64,000 nt of DNA. Origin: Euprymna scolopes (taxonomy: Eukaryota). The stretch lies in NCBI GenBank assembly GCA_053919585.1, contig CM132786.1; one strand, 5' to 3'. Both the position numbers and the translations under genes were made by a program. The notes under the pieces were generated by a model that was given only the letters and a program-made list of their open reading frames with translations, had not been told where the DNA came from and did no database searches. Shown piece after piece: positions 50,807 through 63,243 of the stretch (positions are counted from its first letter, which is position 1; each line of letters starts with the position of its first letter).

Positions 50807-52599
50807 TAATTAAATGTAATTGCATAGTCGTACCAAAACATCTAGAAACATCTAAAAGTAAACCCAAAGTTTACTTTCTACTCTCTTGAAAATATTAATA
50901 GGAGATCACATAGGATATACAGTGTATATCAATACAAACTAGACAATTTGGAATCATTAAATAACAATAAACCAGACAATGTTGCAGCTGACACCGTTGA
51001 TCAAGAGGGATTCATCCAAGTAAAATTCCTTCTCTTCGGTAGTTGTGTGCATCCAATCGGTGTTAATCAAGATCCCTGACTTTCCAAATAATCTGATTTG
51101 ACCTCATCAATTGAAGGAAACAAAACGTATGAATCATTTCTCGGGTGAAACAGAGAAATGAAATGCACTGTGGGAAATGGTTGGGAAATTGAAAAGAAAA
51201 TGGTATATTTCCATTTTTTTACTAAAACTATAAATGAAACTATAAAAATACAAAGATAGGTTTAATATACTAGAAAAGATAACAAGACAGAGATCACTGA
51301 CGTGTATTGCAAATGATATTGCAAACATCAGCATGCATGTGATTTAAATTACAAATCAATTTATCTAAGTTTATCTTTATTTATGATTCAAGGATGGGTC
51401 TCTCCGCATTTTTTAGTACAACGGTTTCTTGTAAAGATAACGAAATAAGGGTTTCACCTCTTCGTACCAAATTGAGTGTTGAGTGATAGAAAACAATGGA
51501 AACAATCTAGTTATATGACATTCAATGTGCTCTTTTAATACAATCTATAACAATATAGCTATACTGAAGAGAAGGACCATAGTAAAAGAAGGCGCTGGTA
51601 CAGACGCAGAAAGAAAGGGACAAACAGAGTGAAGGGGGAATGGGAGAAGCCAAACATCATACATTTTTGGAATAATATGTTTACTAATAAAATCTATTTG
51701 AATCTAAGCCCAGTAATGTGCTCTTTTTGTCAACAACAAATATTAAAAACAAAAAGCAAACTTTAAAATTTCTCGTTATTAATTTTAGATTGATTACAAG
51801 TCATAAAGATCGCCTTGGTTGATTATCTGTTAGCATATGTTCTCACAATTGAAAAATATTAATAAATGTTGCCATTGCTGAGTTCACAGCAAGTTATAAA
51901 GACAGTGAAGCCCACTTCATGTACAATAATTTTGTCACCAAGAGACAAGATGCAGTTGAGACAGAATAAAATCATAAAGTGAATCAGGTGTGTTCTCTAA
52001 ATGCTGGAGTTCAGATTTGTTTTAATATCTTACAATATTAAAGACTTCATCAGTCAAATACCTTAGCACCAATTTTACAATTACCGGCCAAGTGAAAGAT
52101 GAAATTATCATCTATATTAACCTGGAAGAGCAGCTTTCGCTCGTCTTCAAAAACGACTGTTGAGCTTATGAGCTTTCTCCCAGCTTCCAACAGTAAGGCA
52201 TGACATTTATTAAATTTACTTTCGAAGACATTTCATTTAGTGAGACAAAAATCAGAAAATAAGTGGCTTCAAACAGACATTCATAATCTCTTTTATTAAT
52301 TGATATTTATAAAAAAAAAATTATAGAGGAGATAGAGCTCTGTTCGTATAGATTTTAGCTCATAGCTCTAAAAATGTAATAACACAAATGTGAATGAAGA
52401 AAACTCTAAAGTGATCATTTTATGTGAAAAATAAAAAAATTAAAAATTATATCTGTTCCCTTTTCTTTTTCATAGTCTGTAAATTGAGTGATTTATGATT
52501 TATGAGGAATTTATAATATTTAGAAAATGTGGCTGTGTCATTTTATTTTTACTCACATTCAAGCAAAGCACATTGTCACTGAGAGATAAAGGGCTTCTA

Positions 52600-53265
52600 T
52601 AAAATAGGAATCAAGCCTACATGAACATCCTAAGTAGAGAGTTGGACATCGAGATGTTTGTGAACATTATATTTAAATTTCTGCATTTTAATACAATTGA
52701 GGAAGCAACACAGAGAAGAAAATCTAAAGTTAAGCACTTCGAGTTCGTTGGAGCACAGTCCATTGAAGTTCTTGTAAAACAAGCAGAGGGATGCCACATT
52801 GCATTGAAGCTTGGTTGACAGTTCCGGGCTATTAGATTGGAAACTCTTTTTTAGACCCTATGCAATAGCGAGCGGCTAGTGAATTGTGCACCTTCTCATA
52901 TGTGCCAACAATATGCCATGCAAAGGCGAGTAGTGACATTGTAAGCTCATTTTTCCCAAGTGTCTGCTATATAGCCAAGTGTCATCAAATATACGCATCT
53001 CAGACAGAATTTCAGGTCTTTTATGAACATCCGAAACAATGAAGTTTCACAGATCGATCCTGGGGGCATACCGACATTGATACTATGTTACTTGGATGTA
53101 CAGCCATCGAAGACAACCTGGAATTTTTTCCTGTCTAAAAAGGTTCTGATAAGTATTCGTTTAGTAATATCATATGATTTTATCTTCATGTCAGACCTTG
53201 TCAAATGCTCTGGATTGATCAAGGATTACTGCCCTAGCTTCTCAGCTTTATCTGGTGTATGATAT
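52600..53265 (-). mobile_element. Old LINE RT/C-terminal fragment
   Basis: Minus-strand INVGMPPGSI (from INAGVPQGSI) at ~53052-53082 and NVASLCLFYKNF at ~52770-52800. Confidence 0.6.
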
Positions 53266-53268
53266 ATC

Positions 53269-53650
53269 TTTTTTTTTTTTTTACATAGACATCATCACTT
53301 ATCAAGGCCAAGAGGCCACTCGAGGATAAGGGTTAACGAGTGTACAGTAGAAATTGGACAATATAGTAATCGTTAGTAATGGAAATTCGGTAAATTCGTT
53401 AACAAGTGGAACGGCTCATCAAGAACTTGTTTACGTTAGACTTGAAGAAGACAATATTGTAGTCAGCTGGAAAGCAGGAAAAGGAAGATAATTTCACAGG
53501 CTTGCAGTTCTTAGAAAGAAGCTTTGTTCATGGAACCTACGTTTAGGTTTAAGCACAGATAAAGAGTGGGGGGAATTATTAATAGTGTTTTCAGCTAGAC
53601 AAATGTTTCTTGTAAAAGTTTGGCGAGGGGGGACCATAGATTGAAGCACA
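53269..53650 (-). mobile_element. Short 3' copy of the same LINE family as 4015-6420
   Basis: Near-identical to 4015-4410, with a poly(A) tail. Confidence 0.93.
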
Positions 53651-56580
53651 GCTTAGATTGAACGATATCAGTTCAGAGGTGATCATAAGAATATTTACAG
53701 TGGGACGAGCTTACCTAAATCTATACTGTTGACCAGAAAGGAGTTTAGAGTTTTCGAAGTGTTGGACTAGCACATATTTTAATGAAGAAGGAAACAAATA
53801 GAAGGATAATTGAACAAATTGCCCTCTTTCACTAGAATTCTTTAATACTGGCACCACATGGAAGGTTTTCCAGAAATCTATACTATCGGCAAGGAAAAAA
53901 GTCTAACATTTACAAGTTGGTGAGCTAGCCTTTGACTGATTTTAAAACTTTGACCCAAAGATTTTAATGAAGAGGAGGAGACTGATAGGGCGATAATTGA
54001 GCAGTTTACCAGAATTCTTCAATACTTGTACCACAGAGGAAATTTTCCAGCTATCAGGGAAAGAAGATTCGGCAAGTATTTGTTGTAGAGTTTGGAGAGA
54101 ATAGGAACTTGCTCAGCAGAGCATTTCTTTATTAATATAGCAGGGATAACATCAGACTCACACACTTTGGATATGCTAGGTTTTTATGATATTGTGAATA
54201 TGAGAAGGGGTGATTATCAGATCTTGTCCACAAAGATAAATTTGTGATGGAGTGGTTTGTCGTATCTAAGGTGGAGTTCTAAGGATCTAAGGATCTAAGG
54301 CTCTAAGGCTCTAAGGAGGCGAATCACTGGATAAACGACATAACACATAACACACTTAGTCCTCATAGGAAAAATTCGACTTTATGCATAAGCATAAACC
54401 AGTACTTCTTGAAAAGGCACTATGTTCCTGAAAGTTTCATTTAGTTGTAGGTACACAGTGTAAGAAAAGGAAATTTTTTACAATGGTTGTAGCTAGACGA
54501 GTTTTTGTTGTGAATGTTTGACAAGAGATTGGCAGTCAGTTGACCACTTACTATCAAAATAAATATAGACTAGAAAAAGATTAGCAACCCGTTTATTGTG
54601 AGTAAGAGACTGTAGAGAGGAGGAAGAGGACATCCCCTAGATTTTAAATTCGTTTTTGTACTTTACACCTCCCCATAGTGTGGTAATAGTGCTTCATTTT
54701 ATGACGTATTTGACTCTTATACAGGTAGAGGAATGAGGTACTTTCTGGAGCAATAGAATAGCCCAACTATTTCTCCAGTGACCTTAGCTACATATCTGAT
54801 ATGTCTTCCATTTCAAATCTGGAGAAGAGGTAAACACTAGCAGCTTATTAAAGCTGGGGCTTCCTCGGGGAGAGAGCTATTCATTTCATTGTTGTAAGGA
54901 TACGAGCTTTTGTGGTGAAAGAAGAGAAGCCTGGTCTGAAACATTTAAAGTAACATTTTCCTCATTGCTGAACATGCTCCAGGTTGAAAGACAAAAAAAG
55001 CAGAAATATCTTGATAATAATACTACCATGTCGCCACAGATTACAGAGTCATGTGCATAAATTTCAACAAATGATTTTAGAATTTTATTTGGGAGATCAT
55101 TGATGATAGTCAGAAAGATGATTGGGCCGAGAATCGATCTTTAAGGCACATGGATCTAAAGGCTTCAGAATTCTGCCCATCAAAAACTACTTTTATAAAC
55201 CTATCAGAGAAAAAAGATTTGTTGGTTGAAAAGACATTCGCTAGAAAACTTGTGAAATAAACTTTGCTCACAACCACATAAAAACCTATAACTCAAGAGC
55301 TATGATCGAGAAACGAAATCCCTGTTAATAGATTTGCTCATTTTATTTAAGTTAGCACCTCAGCTGATGATCTTGCAAGAACAAATTACATATTGTTTAT
55401 CACTGAGGAGATTGTTTTGCTGTGCTGATTGACAACTTGATTTATTACAGATTAAAGCAGCTTAATTATGGTGCATAGGAGACTGATTGGTCTCCACTGA
55501 GACGCAGAAGACCGACATTCAGTATTTTTAAAATACTGGACGGACTAATGAAGTGAAGTGGTGGGAAATATTTCTTCCTTAAGAAACGATTGGACAGCTT
55601 TATAAAGTTGCTAGTTACTGTTGCCACGTTTTAAGCATTGGCATGCTTTAATTGGAATCCTTTCCGAACCAATTGCTGGCATCAAGCTTACTAATAAGTT
55701 TAGTAACATCCAGACAGATATATAGATGTCACCTAAACTATTTACACTCATAGGAAAAATTTAGGAGTTAGGTGGCTCTGATCGCAAAGGTTGCAATTTA
55801 ATGCAAAGTTCTTTGCAAAACCTTTAGCTTAATCATATACAAAGAAAATCACCTCTGGTTTATTAGTGATTGTCAGAATACTGTTCAATATACTATTAGT
55901 TATATGCAAAAACTTGTAAGAACCAAGCCTTTGCTCATCCACTCTAAATTTAATGGGTTAGGCATAGGACTCGTATTTTTAAAACCCTTTTGCAGCGGTT
56001 GCACCCAATCCTAAAAATCATTTGGTTTTAGGACATCTATTTCATTGAAAACAATTGAAATGGTGATTTCTGTGAGCAATGTGGCAGCATAATCGGGAGT
56101 GTACCACGTCTGCATGTTTATTTTATGTTGATACCAAGAGTTAACAAATCATTTAAATCAGAGGTGATATGGCTACATTCTTTTTAAAGAATGAATTCAA
56201 AAGAATTTCTGATATGACCTTGTGTATTAATACATTCTGTGATGAAAACGCACGTTAGAGATGCTACTACACTTCGGCTTAGAAGATACCAGCAAAGAGA
56301 GAGTGGAAGAGCACTTTTCAGGATAACTTGTCAGGAAAAGATCAAGAAGACTTGTAAAATGTCCGTCGAGTGCGTGAGGGGGTTTGTCAACAATGATCAT
56401 CAGCAAGAGAAGAATCGTAACAAAATCTTCTTTCCTTGTTTGAGTAGATTAGCTATTCAACATTGTTTGAGTAGATTAGCTATTCAACATTGTTTGAGTA
56501 GATTAGCTATTCAACATTGTTTGAGTAGATTAGCTATTCAACATTGTGAAATTAAAGTCACCACAGACATGAATGCTGGC
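53650..56580 (-). mobile_element. Old degenerate CR1-like LINE copies (APE + RT)
   Basis: LLDLFLTSYPE APE motif (~56320-56350), RPISLL (~55485 and ~53980), SILGPIIFLTIINDLPN, QIRHKMKHYYHTMG. Confidence 0.75.
56436..56547. repeat. 27-bp perfect tandem repeat x4
   Basis: TTGTTTGAGTAGATTAGCTATTCAACA x4. Confidence 0.95.
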
Positions 56581-57131
56581 TAAAGGGTAAAGGAACAGGA
56601 TATAGTAACTTTTCCCAGAGGTATTTCAAAAGTTAGTCACTCTATCATCGTGATGACAAAAGAAGACAAAGATGGTTGTTATGAATAAAAATAACATACA
56701 GCTTCCAGCACTTCTTCAACAATTAAGTGCTTTTTGTGAGAACGGATTTTCTCTGGCCTCAAAATATCTGTCATATTCTAAGATCATTTCTCTTTTTCTG
56801 GAGAATATTTTTGAGGTCAAAAACTTGCCTTCTGATGATTTCAACTGCTGTATCTTTGGACAACTTTAACTTATTGTTGTCCTCTCAGCTGGTTGACGAT
56901 TTGACTCCAGAGTGAAATAGTGGATCCATGTTTCAACTATTGTCGCATATTGAGGCCATAACTCTTTTTTGTTACATTAAAACTAACGCTCTGACTCCCT
57001 TTTCATTATTTACTACACAAAGATTCCAACAGTACTTCTCTTAAATAACTTTAATTTGTCAATTCGATTGGCCTAAAATTGCAGCACGTGATACTTGAAG
57101 ATTAATATTTTATAAAATAATATGAGTTTTT

Positions 57132-57245
57132 AAAAATATTATGCCTCGCATAACACATCACTCAATAAGTTCCAGACTTGGCATATATTGATATGCCAAG
57201 TCTGGAACTTATTGAGTGATGTGTTATGCGAGGCATAATATTTTT
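57132..57245. repeat. Perfect inverted repeat, 55-bp arms, 4-nt loop
   Basis: 57132-57186 is the exact reverse complement of 57191-57245; loop ATTG. Confidence 0.95.
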
Positions 57246-57384
57246 TGATAACATCGCCGAGGTAAGAAAACAAAATATAATTGAGTCTGAACTCAATTTA
57301 GGGCTTTCCACTAACCTGTCTCAGTATGTTTAGAGAATTTGTGATCGCCTCTTACTTATTCATTTTCATATTTTTTATTATATA

Positions 57385-58245
57385 CTAGCAGTTCAGCCCT
57401 GCTTTGTTTGGGCCCTGTGTACTGCTCATAACTTTATGTGCATATGCATATATATATATTAAAAAGTTCGACTCATATCCAGGTAACCTATATCTAAAAT
57501 TTCAAGTGTTTAGACACAAAATTCACGGAGGAGTTTGGTAGAGTCTACAAAGGCCAGCTCTTTCAACTTTGACCTTTTGGCAGCCAAATTCTCACCCAAA
57601 AATTGATTAAAAAGCTTGCTGCGTGTCTAAATACTCTTTATGTAAAATTCCAAATGTTCAGACCCAAAATTGGCTTAATAGTTTGCTAGAGACCACAAAG
57701 GTCAAATCTTTTGAACTTTGACCCCCTTGACAGCCACATTTTGGCCAAAAACTGAGTAAAAAGCTTGTCTGAATACATTTTATGTCTGAATACATTTTAT
57801 GTCTGAATACATTTTATGTAAACTTTTAAATGTTTAGACCAAAAATTGGCTGAGTAATTTGGTAGAGAACGTAGAAGTCAATTTTTAAAAATCTTTGACC
57901 TTAATTTTGACCCCTTAACATTTATTGTTTTGGGTTCAAATCATATTAAAAATTTTGATCCATGTCCAAGTAATCTACATTTAAAATTGTAAGTGTTTAG
58001 ACCCAAAATTGGCGGAGGAGTTTGGTAGAGTTTTCAAATGTCAAATTGTTTAACTTTGACCCCTTGACAACCAAATTTCTGTCCAAAAACCGATTAAAAA
58101 GATTTTCCCAAATCTCAATACTTCTTATGTCAAATCTCGAATCTGTAAATTGAAAATTGACGGAGCAGTTAGGTAGGGAAATGTACACACAGGGACATAC
58201 ACATACACATACAGACAGAAAATTTCACTTTTATAGATATATAGA
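57385..58245 (-). mobile_element. Non-autonomous Helitron (H4 family)
   Basis: Reverse-complement homolog of 10549-11487 with TC and CTAG termini. Confidence 0.85.
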
Positions 58246-58539
58246 TTATTTAAGATTTATATTTAATTTTAAATTTCCTATTTTAGAATAAAAATTAAGA
58301 TTTTTTTATATATTGAAGATTGCTATCTACGAGGCAAGATACCAAAAGTCACACACAATCGATATCACACCAACACTAAATACGAATTCATCTTTGTCAT
58401 TCACAATTATCTGCTTTTATTGTCATTATGGCATATCAATGAATGATTTCGCATATTTTGTTCCCTCAAAATGAGAACTTATTTTCTGTTTAACATTTGC
58501 AAATAATAGAAATAGTACATTTTCACAACAAACATCTCT

Positions 58540-59012
58540 TCACTTATTACTGATGACATCATGGAAAAATTCTAGAAACATAACAACACTCTGACTAATA
58601 GATCTTGTCGAGTGATGTATGTTTGTTCAGGGAGATGTTCATCTTGAATTTTCTCCCCCTTTAGATTTGAAATGAATATGATAAATTAATCTGGTTTTCC
58701 ATAATTTCTGACGTAAGTCATTGCATCTTGAGGCCTTTCAGGCATATATCGTGGACTACCTTTGAAGCCAGAAGTTAATATATATATTTGACCTATATTT
58801 CTTCCATGCCCATTGTTATTTATATTATCTTTGAGATATATGTAGGAATCTACTCCTAACTTGTTTTGATGAGTTTTCATATATAAAAGTCTTTCTGGTT
58901 CAACTTTTGCAGACATAGCAACTGCAAACTGATGGAAGATATTTTGACTTCTATGAAGAAGATTGAATGAATTATCTCTGATCATACAATGGTACACATA
59001 AAGCTCCATACA
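58540..59012 (-). pseudogene. Helitron Rep (Helitron_like_N) relic, downstream part
   Basis: CMELYVYHCMIR...IFHQFAVAMSAKVEPERL.Y...Q.KL...ILTSGFKGSPRYM...QDAMTYVRNYGKPD*F. Confidence 0.9.
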
Positions 59013-62000
59013 TCTCCGGCCATCCAGTGCATCCTCCAGGTTGCGGATAGGGGCACCTCCTCTATTTATGTAAGGTAGGTAAAGGGAAGCTTCGAATAAG
59101 AAAGCCGTGGATAATGAGGAACAACCATGGAAAATGCCTAAAAACAATTCAAACTGGATGGCCGTCGCCCAGGATAAAAAGGGCCCCCTCATGCACCAGG
59201 CAGGAAGAGGAATACAATGGTGTGAACCTTCTTGCCTCAGAAGGTGGTACCACAGTCACCTCAGAGGTCACGCAAGGACAGCCACCAGTCCATGACAAAG
59301 ATGGACCAAGCGTCCTTTCTCTATCTCGCTTGACAAACCCCAAAAGAAACAGGAGATGGGTTAAAACCCAGTCATGATTTGTTGAACAGAAGAAGGTTCT
59401 CCTGCACTGCTACCACCACTCAAGGTTTGAGAAATGGGGACACAGCGCAGGAGAGATACTTACCGAGAGAATAAGAGCCTCAAACCTCCCAGCAGAACAA
59501 AAGGAAATATCCTTACCCAACTTGCGACCCCTCATCTCACAGATGGGAAGATACATCCCACAAGAGGAAGTAGATTTTATCAGACATGAGGCTCCGAGGG
59601 CCGCAGAAGAAGACCACTATAAGATAAAGGATGAGGAGACGAAAACGGGAGGTTGTATGGGAAAGGGAAGAGAGGTGGATACTGATATGGGCAACAGAAT
59701 ATGCAAAACTAAAGCATCAAAGACAAAAGGACAGAACAGCAACCTGGAGGGGGGATCTTTTTTCAGTTTTATCCTGGAAAAGCCAACATCCCTTCAGATA
59801 GGATAACAACGCAGCATTATAACAGCCTGAAATTGTTCACCACAAGAGAACTAGACTACATGACTTCAAAAATAACAGCTCTTTTGGTGAACAACAGACG
59901 TTCCCTGAAAAAACCCCTAACAATTCCTACAATAGACCTACAACAAAAACCACCAACTTCACCATCAGAACCTATTCAGTTGTTCCAGTACATGCCCAGC
60001 TCTCCTGGAACTCCTGTGCCTCTGGAGTCTCCGGCTGATATAACACCTGTTTTCACAAACTCTCCACTGGGAACCCCACAATCTACATCACCTAACAGGA
60101 CAATATCATCTGAATCACCATCACAATCACTTGGACCACCACCACCACCATCAGTTGTATTCTCAGAAGCAGATGATGATCAGTTAGCTTTGGAGGAGGA
60201 GCTCAGCAACACAATTGAGGAAGTGGGGGTGGGTATGAGAATGAAGGACAGGCCATGTTTGTCCAAGATCCAAGCTGCATGGAGAGCTAAGACTATTATA
60301 GCCAAAGTTAACATATGTATGTTAATGTACATGTTATAGCCAAAATTAACCTCTCAAGAGGCTAATACCAACAACCATAATGCTCACAGAACTCCCTCAG
60401 ATCACATATGGAGCTGGGCTCTACATTGACAGAAAAATTAACCCCTGAACGTTCAACCACAATCATCGAATAAGGCCCAGAGTCTCAAGACACACACCTC
60501 ACTGGAAGACCAAGTTGCAAAAATAACTCAGCATCTGCAGGGAGGAACTAAGCCAAATAAAACAGGTCCTTGCAGATCCGTCGGTACAAGGTCGACTTAA
60601 GACCACCATCAGAAAACTTTGTACCAAATACCGCCATCAGAACATTGAGGGATTGTATAATACAGCTAGGGTGTTGGAGGGGGAAATACCATCACTTGCT
60701 CAGATAATTAAAAATTAGGAGAACAAGATCAACTCCCAAATTCAAAACAGGCAGTTTAAAACTAACCAAAGGACTTTTTACAGGCAGCTTGTAAGAAACA
60801 CTATTACTGTGATAGTCCACCTGGAGAGAAAAACTTAGAAAACTAGTGGAGGTCTCTATTTAAAACTGAAGGCAAATACAATCAAGATGCCCAGTGGATT
60901 GAAGACATTATTAGGTTCAACGAAACCAAGCCTAAGATGCCAGAACCAGTCATAACTCCTGGTACAGTAACAAGAAAACTGGCACAATTCTCCAACTGCA
61001 AAGCACCTGGCATCGACAGTGTCTAAAACTTCTGGCTGAAACAATTGATTGCACTTCATCGGCACTACAGTGATTTCTTCAGCAGGATGCTGAGAGGTTA
61101 AGAAGCAAAACCACCAAGGCTGACAGAGGGGGACACCAGCCTCATACCTAAGACCAAGGAGACATAACACCCAAATAAATACAGTCCAATATGATGTCTA
61201 ACAACCACCTACAAGCTTTTTGCTGGTCTGGTAGCCAACGATATATATGACCACCTATCTTCTGGAACCTATCTTGAAAAGGAGCAGACAGGGTGCAGGA
61301 GAAAATGCCTTGGTACCAAAGACCAGTTATTAATCAACAAGACTATCTTAGAAGACTGTAGGAAAAGGCAAAGAAATCCGAGTATGGCATGCATCGATTA
61401 CCAGAAGGTATTTGACAGCATGCCACAATCATGGTTACTTCGGTGCTTTGAGTTATACAAGATCCACCCAGTAATTAAACAAACCCTGGCGGCTCACCTT
61501 CAGATGTGAAAAACCACCATATCATTTAGTCACAATGGAGGAAAGACCATCATTCTTGAAGTAAAGATCAAGACAGGAATATTCCAAGGTGACATCTTAT
61601 CTCCCTTACTCTTCTGTATAGCAATAGATCCACTCACCAAGCTCCTGAATAACAATCCGAGCATCTACAATTTGAGTCAGGGACGCCATCGAGATCCTAG
61701 CAAGAGAGTAAACCATCTGCTCTTCATGGATGATCTTAAGCTGTATGCCAGCTCTGACACCGATCTGCACCAGCTTCTGCAAGTAGTACACACCTTCAAT
61801 GACATCGGAATGAAGTTTGGCCTGGATAAATGTGTCAAGTGTACACTCAGAGCTGGGAAGAAAACCCACACAAAAAATATGCAACTAAATGAAGACATCG
61901 ACATCAGGGATCTCACAGAGCAGGAGCCTTATAAGTACCTTGGCATTGAAGAAAATGACAACATACAAGATAAGGGATTGGCAAAGAGTATGTACGCCAT

Positions 62001-63243
62001 GTGGGGAAGATCTGCAAAACACAGCTTACAAATAATAAAATAACTACCGTCAACCAGATTGTCATGCCAGTAATAATAGACAGATTTGGCCACAAAAATA
62101 CATCAACGGGCTAGATGTAAAGACACGGAAGCTACTAATGCTTCATAAAATAATATATAGAAATCAGTGTCTACCAAGACTGTATTTTCCCAGGGGAGAA
62201 AGAGGACTGGGGCTCTCAGAAATCAACCACCAATATAAGGCAACTATAGTGAGCACAGGCCAGTATCTGAGAAGCTGCCAGAACCACATATTCTCAATAG
62301 TATACAAACATCAAGAGACAAGAGCCAGCAGAACAACATCAGTCACCCAGCTATCTCATAGATGAGGATGAAACACTAAACAAGCCTGCCACAGAAATAG
62401 CAGAAATATACAGAGACCTTCCAAAGGATGAACCTTGATGAGTGATCAGCATGCAAAGTATTTTCTGGGGGAACTCTTCCAGGAATACATAGACAAAAAA
62501 GGTTCCTTGGAATGGCTCAAGAGGGGAGCTCTCCACCACGATCAGGAAAGGGTTATAATGGCTGCTCAAGATCAGGGATTGATAACACATCCATTCAAGA
62601 AAATGTAACGACAACAAATGTAGGTTCTGCCACACAGAATTGGAGAGTGTGAGTCATCTGGTATCAAGTTGCAAGGTTCTTTTGGGGGATGGCTGCTACA
62701 CAGCAAGACATGATGGGGTATGTAAGTATCTTGACTGGACCATCCGTACAAAATTAAACATCCAGTGTAGCAACAAATCCTGAGAACATTAACCTGAAAG
62801 AACAGTTGGAAATGACTTATGAACATTATATTAAGACCATGTAATCCATACAGCCACCTACCTGGAAAATGCTGCTGTCAAACCTAACATAGTTATATGG
62901 AATAAGTCAGATACAGTGGCAACCTTGGTTGAAGTAGTGTCCCTAATAATAATTGAGGTTTGAACAGAGCTAAAAAGGTCTGATGTATGATATGAAAATA
63001 AACTGGAATCTTAGGCAATTATATCAGATATTATAGGTGCCACAGGGCTTATGAAGAAGAACTTGAAGTCCTATCTAACTAATATTCCTGGTGAACCAAG
63101 TACAAAAGAGATCCAGACGATTGCACTGAAGGGAACAGTGAGAATACTAAAAAGAGCTCTCGGTTGGTTTCAATAAAAAACAGGGTAATGTTGGCAGCTG
63201 GATTGTCTGCCCCATACCCAGCATTACAATCCTAATAAAAAAA
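59013..63243 (+). mobile_element. R4/NeSL-type (restriction-like endonuclease) non-LTR retrotransposon, near full length, degenerate
   Basis: KAPGID, EQTGCRRKCLGTKDQLLIN, IDYQKVFDS, GIFQGDILSPLLF, HLLFMDDLKLYA, YKYLGI, RLYFPRGERGLGL, zinc finger CRFC...HLVSSC...RHD, KPNIVI (PD-D relic), IIGATG, A-rich tail. Confidence 0.9.

Larger units (their letters stand above)
45362..52192 (+). pseudogene. Decayed multi-exon cadherin-repeat gene
   Basis: Colinear cadherin-repeat motifs in exon-like blocks with GT/AG edges: hydrophobic leader 45362-45497, VISIKKNEKP, DAF..IGNL...DFNRE, TD/DKPGTIRSQ, AKNEID...RNG*P, KLD.LE...VAAD...GVN..(K)IPDF, YVLTIE...AEFTASYKDS. Contains stops and frameshifts. Confidence 0.55.

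Noticed and set aside
56239-56583. 114-aa plus-strand ORF
   Set aside because: Antisense to a LINE APE relic and lengthened by the 27-bp tandem repeat.
56672-56869. Additional cadherin exon (VMNKNNIQLP...FCENG)
   Set aside because: Only a loose motif resemblance and no clear splice sites; left out of the model pending alignment.
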